A stretch of DNA of 64,000 nucleotides, taken from assembly GCF_964355755.1 (NCBI RefSeq), contig NC_092675.1:5947812-6011811 (forward strand), written 5' to 3'. Each line of letters begins with the position of its first letter. Position 1 is the first letter of the stretch. Shown here in pieces: positions 52,851 to 64,000 of this stretch. The stretch comes from Antedon mediterranea (lineage: Eukaryota > Animalia > Echinodermata). The notes beneath the pieces were generated by a model. It was given only the letters and a program-made list of their open reading frames with translations, was not told where the DNA came from and did not search any database. The position numbers and the translations under genes are program-made.

Positions 52851-54846
52851 AATAAAGAATACACTTAACAATAGGGCCTATACAACAAATAACATTAATG
52901 TACGATGTAGTTTAACACTGTTCTCAACTATAATCATTTTGGTATACTTGAGCACAGTGATAAAGAATAGGATAAACTTAACAATATACAACAAATAACA
53001 TTAATGTATGATTCCGTTTAACACTGTTCTCAACTATAGTAATTTTGGTATACTTGAGCACAGTGATAAAGAATAGGATAAACTTAACAATATACAACAA
53101 ATAACATTAATGTACGATCCCGTTTACCACTGTTCTCAACTATAGTCGTTTGGTATACTTGAGCACAGTGATAAAGAATAGGATAAACTTAACAATATAC
53201 AACAAAAAACATTAATGTACGATCCCGTTTAACACTGTTCTCAACTATAGTCATTTTGGTATACTTGAGCACAGTGATAAAGAATAGGATAAACTTAAAA
53301 ATATACAACAAATAACATTAATGTATGATCCCGTTTAACACTGTTCTCAACTATAGTCATTTTGGTATACTTGAGCACAGTGATAAAGAATAGGATAAAC
53401 TTAACAATATACAACAAATAACATTAATGTATGATCCCGTTTAACACTGTTCTCGACTATAGTCATTTTGGTATATACTTGAGCACAGTGATAAAGAATA
53501 GGATAAACTTAAAAATATACAACAAAAAACATTAATGTACGATCCATTTTAACACTGTTCTCAACTATAGTCATTTTGGTATACTTGAGAACAGTGATAA
53601 AGAATAGGATAAACTTAACAATATACAACAAATAACATTAATGTACGATCCAGTTTAACACTGTTCTCAACTATAGTCATTTTGGTATACTTGAGCACAG
53701 TGATAAAGAATAGGATAAACTTAACAATATACAACAAATAGCATTAATGTACGATCCAGTTTAACACTGTTCTCAACTATAGTCATTTTGGTATACTTGA
53801 GCACAGTGATAAAGAATAGGATAAACTTAATAATATACAACAAATAGCATTAATGTACGATCCAGTTTAACACTGTTCTCAACTATAGTCATTTTGGTAT
53901 ACTTGAGCACAGTGATAAAGAATAGGATAAACTTAATAATATACAACAAATAACATTAATGTGCGATCCCGTTTAACACTGTTCTCAACTATAGTAATTT
54001 TGGTATACTTGAGCACAGTGATAAAGAATAGGATAAACTTAACAATATACAACAAATAACATTAATGTACGATCCCGTTTACCACTGTTCTCAACTATAG
54101 TCGTTTGGTATACTTGAGCACAGTGATAAAGAATAGGATAAACTTAACAATATACAACAAAAAACATTAATGTACGATCCCGTTTAACACTGTTCTCAAC
54201 TATAGTCATTTTGGTATACTTGAGCACAGTGATAAAGAATAGGATAAACTTAAAAATATACAACAAATAACATTAATGTACGATCCCGTTTAACACTGTT
54301 CTCAACTATAGTCATTTTGGTATACTTGAGCACAGTGATAAAGAATAGGATAAATTTAACAATATACAACAAATAACATTAATGTATGATCCCGTTTAAC
54401 ACTGTTCTCAACTAAAGTCATTTTGGTATACTTGAGCACAGTGATAAAGAATAGGATAAACTTAAAATTATACAACAAAAAACATTAATGTACGATCCCG
54501 TTTAACACTGTTCTCAACTATAGTCATTTTGGTATACTTGAGCACAGTGATAAAGAATAGGATAAACTTAACAATATACAACAAATAGCATTAATGTACT
54601 ATCCAGTTTAACACTGTTCTCAACTATAGTCATTTTGGTATACTTGAGCACAGTGATAAAGAATAGGATAAACTTAATAATATACAACAAAAAACATTAA
54701 TGTACGATCCCGTTTAACACTGTTCTCAACTATAGTCATTTTGGTATACTTGAGCACAATATACAACAAATAACATTAATGTACACGATCCTGTTTAACA
54801 CTGTTCTCAACTATAGTCATTTTCATATACTTGAGCACAGTGATAA
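52851..54846 (+). repeat. 106-bp satellite, left arm (about 19 copies)
   Basis: Unit gagcacagtgataaagaataggataaacttaacaatatacaacaaataacattaatgtacgatcccgtttaacactgttctcaactatagtcattttggtatactt; period 106 (e.g. 53161 to 53267). Confidence 0.97.
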
Positions 54847-54859
54847 TATGAAAAACATA

Positions 54860-55660
54860 ATAACACTATAATATTTCTAGATGAATGACGCGGACACGTA
54901 CATATGTTCATAAGTAATTGATATAAATTGACTTTTAAAAGTGGAATTAACACAAATGATTGTAGATAAATATGACGTGAATTGCACGTACATTATGTTG
55001 ATGAGTAGTATATTTATATAAATCGACTTTGAAAAGTGAAATAACACTAATATGTGTAGATGAATATGACGTGGACACGTACATATGTTGATTAGTATAT
55101 TGATATAAATCGACTTTTAAAAGTCAAATTAACACTAATATTTGTAGATGAATATGACTTGGACACGATTTACATATGTTGATGAGTATATTGATATAAA
55201 TCGACTTTTAAAGGTGAAATAACACTAATATTTGTAGATGAATATGACGTGGACACGTACGGTATATAATGTTGATGAGTATATTGATATAAATCGATTT
55301 TTAAAAGTGAAATAACACTATTAGTTGTACACTATTGATCATATATGAATATGACGTGAATTGCACGTACATATGTTGATGAGTAGGCCTATATTGATAT
55401 TGACTTCGAAAAGTGAAATAACACTGATTTGTAAATGAATATGACGTGGACAAGTACATTTATTGATGAGTATATTGATAAATCGACTTTTAAAAGTGAA
55501 ATAACACTAATATTTATAGATGAATATGACGTGGACACGTACATATGTTGATGAGTATATTGATATAAATAAAACTTTTAAAAGTGGAATTAACACTATT
55601 GATTGTAGACGTGAATTACATGTACATATGTTGATGAGTGTATTGATATAAATCGACTAA
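54860..55660 (+). repeat. ~87-bp degenerate tandem repeat (about 9 copies; resumes at ~56480-56650)
   Basis: Unit aaatcgacttttaaaagtgaaataacactaatatttgtagatgaatatgacgtggacacgtacatatgttgatgagtatattgatat. Confidence 0.92.
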
Positions 55661-55696
55661 ACGTTAAATAACACTATCTTGTACAGGTACCCTCAC

Positions 55697-55737
55697 TTGC
55701 ACTGATGAAGGGCTAGTGTTGCCCGAAAACTCTGCTA
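55697..55737 (+). ncRNA. Hammerhead-like motif in a Penelope-like repeat; second, mutated copy at ~10200-10240
   Basis: tgca-CTGATGA-a-GGGC-tagtgtt-GCCC-GAAA-ac-TC-tgc. The 10200 copy has G to A in GAAA, and its downstream sequence (10262-10306) is found again at 56387-56430. Confidence 0.45.
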
Positions 55738-56657
55738 TCTTTTCTGTCTGTTTTACTTTATCTTTCTTTCTTTCTTTCTTTATTAAAAACAAACCAATTG
55801 GCAGCAAATCTGCTGAATTGCATGGTAAGGGACAATATACATTCAAAAGACAAGTAAAGTAATAGTCATCATTAGGCCTAAACAAAATTATCGCAATTAC
55901 AAAATATATGTAAATGTAAACATAAAGTTAAAAAAATATAGTCTTATTGCAAGGATATAGTATATACATTATTACTTAATTACAGTATAAAAATATAATC
56001 TTAAATTTAAGTTGCAGTACAGTATTTACATTGGTTTCTTAATTAAAGTCGACTTCAGACAATTAAATAATTACAATTATACATTTACAAAAACATTAAA
56101 TACAAAATTAAATGAGAATTAAGAATAAATTGAGTCAAATTCAAGAAATTTCTACTAGGCCTATATGTCAAATTAATTAATATCTGGTTACATTATACAT
56201 TTATTTTCTTTTATTATTTAATCAATACTGTTGAGGCAGCGAGTGAGAAACGGGATTGCACTGTTTCCATATCTATTTGTCTTATTTTTGGGGACCTGGT
56301 ATGTATTACTTTTCCGTAAGGCCATATTATGCGTACTCATATTTCTCGGAAACCACTCAGCATATCTATACGCATTAGCACATTTCGTTTTGATTTAGCT
56401 TTTCGCTTCTTTTTTTGTATCTCCATTGAGACCACAGCATTGTTATTATTTAAGTATTTTGCCTTTGGATTTACTAATATTAAAGGTGAAATAACACTAA
56501 TGACTGTAGATGATATGACATTTATGTTGATGTATATATTTTTGTATATATAATATGCACACGTACATACGTTGATAGGTATTGATATAAATAGATTTTT
56601 AAAAGTACGGTAATAGACACTTTATTTGTAGATGAATACGACATGGACAAGTTGCAA

Positions 56658-59600
56658 TAAGTTTATCCTATTCTTTATCACTGTGCTCAAGTATACCAAA
56701 ATGACTATAGTTAGAACAGTGTTAAACGGGATCATACATTAATGTTATTTGTTGTATATTGTTAAGTTTATCCTATTCTTTATCACTGTGCTCAAGTATA
56801 CCAAAATGACTATAGTTAGAACAGTGTTAAACGGGATCATACATTAATGTTATTTGTTGTATATTGTTAAGTTTATCCTATTCTTTATCACTGTGCTCAA
56901 GTATACCAAAATGACTATAGTTGAGAACAGTGTTAAACGGGATCGTACATTAATGTTATTTGTTGTATATTATTAAGTTTATCCTATTCTTTATCACTGT
57001 GCTCAAGTATACCAAAATGACTATAGTCGAGAACAGTGTTAAACGGGATCGTACATTAATGTTATTTGTTGTATATTGTTAAGTTTATCCTATTCTTTAT
57101 CACTGTGCTCAAGTATACCAAAATGACTATAGTTAGAACAGTGTTAAACGGGATCATACATTAATGTTATTTGTTGTATATTGTTAAGTTTATCCTATTC
57201 TTTATCACTGTGCTCAAGTATACCAAAATGACTATAGTTAGAACAGTGTTAAACGGGATCATACATTAATGTTATTTGTTGTATATTGTTAAGTTTATCC
57301 TATTCTTTATCACTGTGCTCAAGTATACCAAAATGACTATAGTTGAGAACAGTGGTAAACGGGATCGAACATTAATGTTATTTGTTGTATATTATTAAGT
57401 TTATCCTATTCTTTATCACTGTGCTCAAGTATACCAAAATGACTATAGTTAGAACAGTGTTAAACGGGATCATACATTAATGTTATTTGTTGTATATTGT
57501 TAAGTTTATCCTATTCTTTATCACTGTGCTCAAGTATACCAAAATGACTATAGTTAGAACAGTGTTAAACGGGATCATACATTAATGTTATTTGTTGTAT
57601 ATTGTTAAGTTTATCCTATTCTTTATCACTGTGCTCAAGTATACCAAAATAACTATAGTTTAGAACAGGGTTAAACTGGATCGTATATTAATGTTATTTG
57701 TTGTATATTATTAAGTTTATCCTATTCTTTATCACTGTGCTCAAGTATACCAAAATGACTATAGTCGAGAACAGTGTTAAACGGGATCGTACATTAATGT
57801 TATTTGTTGTATATTGTTAAGTTTATCCTATACTTTATCACTGTGCTCAAGTATACCAAAATGACTATAGTTGAGAACAGTGTTAAACGGGATCATACAT
57901 TAATTTTATTTGTTGTATATTATTAAGTTTATCCTATTCTTTATCACTGTGCTCAAGTATACCAAAATGACTATAGTCGAGAACAGTGTTAAACGGGATC
58001 GTACATTAATGATATTTGTTGTATATTATTAAGTTTATCCTATTCTTTATCACTGTGCTCAAGTATACCAAAATGACTATAGTCGAGAACAGTGTTGAAC
58101 GGGATCATACCTTAATGTTATTTGTTGTATATTATTAAGTTTATCCTATTCTTTATCACTGTGCTCAAGTATACCAAAATGACTATAGTTGAGAACAGTG
58201 TTAAACGGGATCGTACATTAATGCTATTTGTTGTATATTATTAAGTTTATCCTATTCTTTATCACTGTGCTCAAGTATACCAACATGACTATAGTTGAGA
58301 ACAGTGTAAAACGGGATCGTACATTAATGTTATTTGTTGTATATTATTAAGTTTATCCTATTCTTTATCACTGTGCTCAAGTATACCAACATGACTATAG
58401 TCGAGAACAGTGTTAAACGGGATCATACCTTAATGCTATTTGTTGTATATTATTAAGTTTATCCTATTCTTTATCACTGTGCTTAAGTATACCAAAATGA
58501 CTAGTTGAGAACAGTGTTAAACTGTATCGTACATTAATGTTATTTGTTGTATATTATTAAGTTTATCCTATTCTTTATCACTGTGCTCAAGTATACCAAA
58601 ATGACTATAGTTAGAACAGTGTTAAACGGGATCATACATTAATGTTATTTGTTGTATATTGTTAAGTTTATCCTATTCTTTATCACTGTGCTCAAGTATA
58701 CCAAAATGACTATAGTTAGAACAGTGTTAAACGGGATCATACATTAATGTTATTTGTTGTATATTGTTAAGTTTATCCTATTCTTTATCACTGTGCTCAA
58801 GTATACCAAAATGACTATAGTTGAGAACAGTGTTAAACGGGATCGAACATTAATGTTATTTGTTGTATATTATTAAGTTTATCCTATTCTTTATCACTGT
58901 GCTCAAGTATACCAAAATGACTATAGTTAGAACAGTGTTAAACGGGATCATACATTAATGTTATTTGTTGTATATTGTTAAGTTTATCCTATTCTTTATC
59001 ACTGTGCTCAAGTATACCAAAATGACTATAGTTAGAACAGTGTTAAACGGGATCATACATTAATGTTATTTGTTGTATATTGTTAAGTTTATCCTATTCT
59101 TTATCACTGTGCTCAAGTATACCAAAATAACTATAGTTTAGAACAGGGTTAAACTGGATCGTACATTAATGTTATTTGTTGTATATTATTAAGTTTATCC
59201 TATTCTTTATCACTGTGCTCAAGTATACCAAAATGACTATAGTCGAGAACAGTGTTAAACGGGATCGTACATTAATGTTATTTGTTGTATATTGTTAAGT
59301 TTATCCTATACTTTATCACTGTGCTCAAGTATACCAAAATGACTATAGTTGAGAACAGTGTTAAACGGGATCATACATTAATTTTATTTGTTGTATATTA
59401 TTAAGTTTATCCTATTCTTTATCACTGTGCTCAAGTATACCAAAATGACTATAGTCGAGAACAGTGTTAAACGGGATCGTACATTAATGATATTTGTTGT
59501 ATATTATTAAGTTTATCCTATTCTTTATCACTGTGCTCAAGTATACCAAAATGACTATAGTCGAGAACAGTGTTGAACGGGATCATACCTTAATGTTATT

Positions 59601-61815
59601 TGTTGTATATTATTAAGTTTATCCTATTCTTTATCACTGTGCTCAAGTATACCAAAATGACTATAGTTGAGAACAGTGTTAAACGGGATCGTACATTAAT
59701 GCTATTTGTTGTATATTATTAAGTTTATCCTATTCTTTATCACTGTGCTCAAGTATACCAAAATGACTATAGTTGAGAACAGTGTAAAACGGGATCGTAC
59801 ATTAATGTTATTTGTTGTATATTATTAAGTTTATCCTATTCTTTATCACTGTGCTCAAGTATAACAACATGACTATAGTCGAGAACAGTGTTAAACGGGA
59901 TCATACCTTAATGCTATTTGTTGTATATTATTAAGTTTATCCTATTCTTTATCACTGTGCTTAAGTATACCAAAATGACTAGTTGAGAACAGTGTTAAAC
60001 TGTATTGTACATTAATGTTATTTGTTGTATATTATTAAGTTTATCCTATTCTTTATCACTGTGCTCAAGTATACCAAAATGACTATAGTTGAGAACAGTG
60101 TTAAACTGGATCGTACATTAATGCTATTTGTTGTATATTATTAAGTTTATCCTATTCTTTATCACTGTGCTCAAGTATATCAAAATGACTATAGTTGAGA
60201 ACAGTGTTAAACTACATCGTCCATTAATGTTTTGTTGTATATTGTTAAGTTTATCCTATTCTTTATCACTGTGCTCAAGTATACCAAAATGACTATAGTT
60301 GAGAATAGTGTTAAACGGGATCATACATTAATGTTATTTGTTGTATATTGTTAAGTTTATCCTATTCTTTATCACTGTTTTCAAGTATACCAAAATGACT
60401 ATAGTTGAGAACAGTGTTAAACTGGATCGTACATTAATGTTTGTTGTTGTATATTGTTAAGTTTATCCTATTCTTTATCACTGTGCTCAAGTATACCAAA
60501 ATGACTATAGTCGAGAACAGTGTTAAACGGGATCGTACATTAATGTTATTTGTTGTATATTGTTAAGTTTATCCTATACTTTATCACTGTGCTCAAGTAT
60601 ACCAAAATGACTATAGTTGAGAACAGTGTTAAACGGGATCATACATTAATTTTATTTGTTGTATATTATTAAGTTTATCCTATTCTTTATCACTGTGCTC
60701 AAGTATACCAAAATGACTATAGTCGAGAACAGTGTTAAACGGGATCGTACATTAATGATATTTGTTGTAGATAATTAAGTTTATCCTATTCTTTATCACT
60801 GTGCTCAAGTATACCAAAATGACTATAGTCGAGAACAGTGTTAAACGGGATCATACCTTAATGCTATTTGTTGTATATTAATAAGTTTATCCTATTCTTT
60901 ATCACTGTGCTCAAGTATACCAAAATGACTATAGTTGAGAACAGTGTTAAACGGGATCGTACATTAATGCTATTTGTTGTATATTATTAAGTTTATCCTA
61001 TTCTTTATCACTGTGCTCAAGTATACCAAAATGACTATAGTTGAGAACAGTGTTAAACGGGATCGTACATTAATGTTATTTGTTGTATATTATTAAGTTT
61101 ATCCTATTCTTTATCACTGTGCTCAAGTATACCAACATGACTATAGTCGAGAACAGTGTTAAACGGGATCATACCTTAATGCTATTTGTTGTATATTATT
61201 AAGTTTATCCTATTCTTTATCACTGTGCTTAAGTATACCAAAATGACTATAGTTGAGAACAGTGTTAAACTGGATGGTACATTAATGTTATTTGTTGTAT
61301 ATTATTAAGTTTATCCTATTCTTTATCACTGTGCTCAAGTATACCAAAATGACTATAGTTGAGAACAGTGTTAAACTGGATCGTACATTAATGCTATTTG
61401 TTGTATATTATTAAGTTTATCCTATTCTTTATCACTGTGCTCAAGTATACCAAAATGACTACAGTTGAGAACAGTGTTAAACTACATCGTACATTAATGT
61501 TTTGTTGTATATTGTTAAGTTTATCCTATTCTTTATCACTGTTCTCAAGTATACCAAAATGACTATAGTTGAGAACAGTGTTAAACTGGATCGTACATTA
61601 ATGTTTTTTGTTGTATATTGTTAAGTTTATCCTATTCTTTATCACTGTGCTCAAGTATACCAAAATGTCTATAGTTGAGAACAGTGTTAAACTGGATCGT
61701 ACATTAATGCTATTTGTTGTATATTGTTAAGTTTATCCTATTCTTTATCACTGTGCTCAAGTATACTAAAATGACTATAGTTGAGAACAGTGGTAAACTG
61801 GATCGTACATTAATT
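56658..61815 (-). repeat. 106-bp satellite, right arm in inverted orientation (about 48-49 copies)
   Basis: Reverse complement of the left-arm unit: aagtttatcctattctttatcactgtgctcaagtataccaaaatgactatagttgagaacagtgttaaacgggatcgtacattaatgttatttgttgtatattgtt. Confidence 0.97.
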
Positions 61816-62463
61816 TTATCCTTTGCTTTACTGTGCTTTGATTTGATAAGCAAGTTTGGTTGCCCCGCCCCCATATGCTACCTACTAAATTAGGATTCCC
61901 TAGCTTTTCTATAAAAATTGAAGTACCCACAATGCACGTTATACGGAAGTCATAGTCTTGTAAAATACAGACACAATATTTTTATGGTATTGTTTTCATT
62001 TAAATATCACTAAGATTGTCTTAAACTACAAACAACTAAAATTAGTGAAGGTATGCAAGTGTTTCTAAATGTTTACTACTGGTAGTATTAATACAATTTG
62101 GATTATATCATTTTCCAGAAAGGTAGAAAAAAACATAAAATAGTTGAGAATTCTCAACTAGCCAGGATGGTATAGGAAATATAGCTCGGAATAATAGGCC
62201 TTACGGTGAAGATGAAAACATTTTTTCTTGTTCCTCATTAAGCATAATAAGTGAACTCTCTTGATTCATATACATAAAAATAAATTAATCACGTATTAAA
62301 AAGTTCCACGAAAATTTTCCTGACATTTTAAAGAAATCTTGATTTTAAAAGTATAAAAGAATATATTTTCGCAGTTGCCATTTTGTATCACATGACATCA
62401 GTTAAACCAATCATACGCGACGTTTAGGCAGCAGACGTCAAAATCACACGATGTAAACACGAA

Positions 62464-63897
62464 ATGGCGTCCGACGAGGAAGGATCTTCTCGCTTAGACA
62501 AAGTAAAGTTGAAATGTTTTTTCCAAATTTACAAGCATTCAAATGAAATTATCAGTCCAATTACTGAGATTCGATGGAATAAAGTGTTGCTCTGTCCAAA
62601 GAGTTGGATAAAATTAGATGGAGACGGCAAGGAAATCGCCATACATTTGACGGAGCTTCTTGGTATGTCTGATGAAGGTAAATCGTTTGACGATGTCGTA
62701 CGCGAGCATCCAGGCTTAGGTTTTCATGCTACCTGTTACAGGCGATATACTGATACATCTCGACTAAAAAAGGTAATATTTGGTTTCGATTATTATCAGA
62801 ATACTCTAAGAGTTAATAATATAGTTAAATGATACAGTATATAGGGTGCTACTGATCTATATATCTATAGATAGGCCTAGATCTATATTGTGCTCTTAGA
62901 GTTTCTGTGCTTGGTTGTTGATTGGGCTTTCTACTACTGTAGTACCAGTACTACTACGTAGGCCTAGGCCCTAGGCCATATTATATTATACAGTATATAT
63001 TATTCAGTAGGCTACACAATTAATTTTAGTTAAATACCAATATAGGCTCTATATTCTGGAAAGTGAGTAAAACGTAACTTTCTAAAACTCTTGTTGGTTT
63101 TTTGAATTTACATTTTGAATTTTTTTTTTTATTTGCTTCAGTCTAAATGTTGAATTTTTAAACACCAAAATCTATAAAATATTAAAATATATTTTAATAA
63201 TATTTATTATTATTTACAGGGAATTGGAAAGTGTTTTTTTAACATATAAGCAAAGCTATAAGGTATTTTGCAGAGATGTAATTGATAAACGGTTACAGTA
63301 TGGACAGGAGATACCAAGACTCGCAAAACTCCAAAAGCTTTTCATGAAATCAATTGAAAAAACAGAAAATGTTTACTTGTCAACTATAAGGTAGGCTGTC
63401 GATCTCTTCTTAAAAACGATGAAATAATTGTAATATTTTTGAGATCCAGTTACTGTAATAATTTCTTCATTGTATCTGTGTAACAATTAATTATAATCAA
63501 TTAATCTGTTATTTATAGATCAGACGTGTTGAAGAAGAAGCTCAGGATGGATTATCCTAACCTAATTTTTCATTCACCCACAAGAAGGTTAGTTGCTTAG
63601 TGTGTTTATATTAAATGATTATTTCACCAGGGATAATTTAAAAAAAAATCTTTTTGTGGATTGGTCAAACTAAATATTTTGTTTATTTTTTCTTAATTAG
63701 AAATGAATCAGTTCTGGTGTACTTTAGCAATGTATCCCCTGGATTTGTGGCTGATCCATTTTTGTCATCAGGAAAAAGTACAACGGAGACAGATGAATCA
63801 TCAGAGTATGACATAGATATTCCAACTACTTCTACAACACACAAAATCTCCACTGATGGTGACAATAGAGACAAACTAAGGACTCTATATTTTGCAG
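62464..63897 (+). pseudogene. 5' part of an intron-containing DNA-transposon-type protein gene (possibly Academ-like), probably defective; continues beyond the window
   Basis: Exons 62464-62772 (GFHATCYRRYTD, H-x2-C-Y motif), 63220-63390 (YKVFCRDVIDKRLQYGQEIPRLAKLQKLF), 63519-63587 (SDVLKKKLRMDYPNLIFHSPTR) and 63701-63897 (NESVLVYFSNVSPG...LRTLYFAG). The last three join in frame, but exon 1 (phase 0) does not fit exon 2 (phase 2). The family assignment rests on motif recollection only. Confidence 0.5.
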
Positions 63898-64000
63898 GTA
63901 CGGTTAAAATACAATAACTTGTATATATTGGTTTATTTTTAAATAACAACAATAAATGTTATTGCATAATTAAGGAAATGCTGTGGATCAAAGAGGTGAA

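Larger units (their letters stand above)
52525..62185. mobile_element. Foldback-like composite element: inverted terminal motifs enclosing inverted satellite arms
   Basis: tggctagttgagaattctcaactatt (52545-52570) is the exact reverse complement of aatagttgagaattctcaactagcca (62139-62164), with imperfect extension outward (tatacca / tggtata). The internal arrays are inverted. No TSD identified. Confidence 0.6.

Noticed and set aside
52851-61815. CRISPR-like array
   Set aside because: Monomers are contiguous and near-identical with no unique spacers, there are no cas genes, and the context is eukaryotic; it is a satellite.

Overview
AT-rich, intron-rich animal genomic DNA. A Deu-domain-like SINE points to a deuterostome invertebrate, plausibly an echinoderm; that taxon call is inference. 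There are three host genes: a 27-exon nardilysin (NRDC, M16A peptidase, + strand, 18-17450), a convergent 23-exon mitochondrial glycine decarboxylase P-protein (GLDC, - strand, 20511-42138), and a 3-coding-exon GPI-anchored Ly6/uPAR (quiver/sleepless-like) gene (46704-47756). A spliced, probably defective DNA-transposon-type gene starts at 62464 and runs off the window. Introns are packed with MITEs (Kolobok-, Harbinger/Zator-, Ginger-, Tc1/mariner-, hAT-like), SINEs and LINE fragments. The most unusual structure is a ~9.6-kb foldback-like unit (52525-62185). It has two inverted arrays of a 106-bp satellite with higher-order periodicity around an 87-bp repeat core, and is bounded by inverted terminal motifs that are themselves homologous to the satellite monomer. 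Other highlights are a 17+2+17-bp P-element-type excision footprint with a 7-bp TSD and a TSD-flanked hairpin insertion carrying a minimal hammerhead-like motif. All exon boundaries and copy counts were read by eye.
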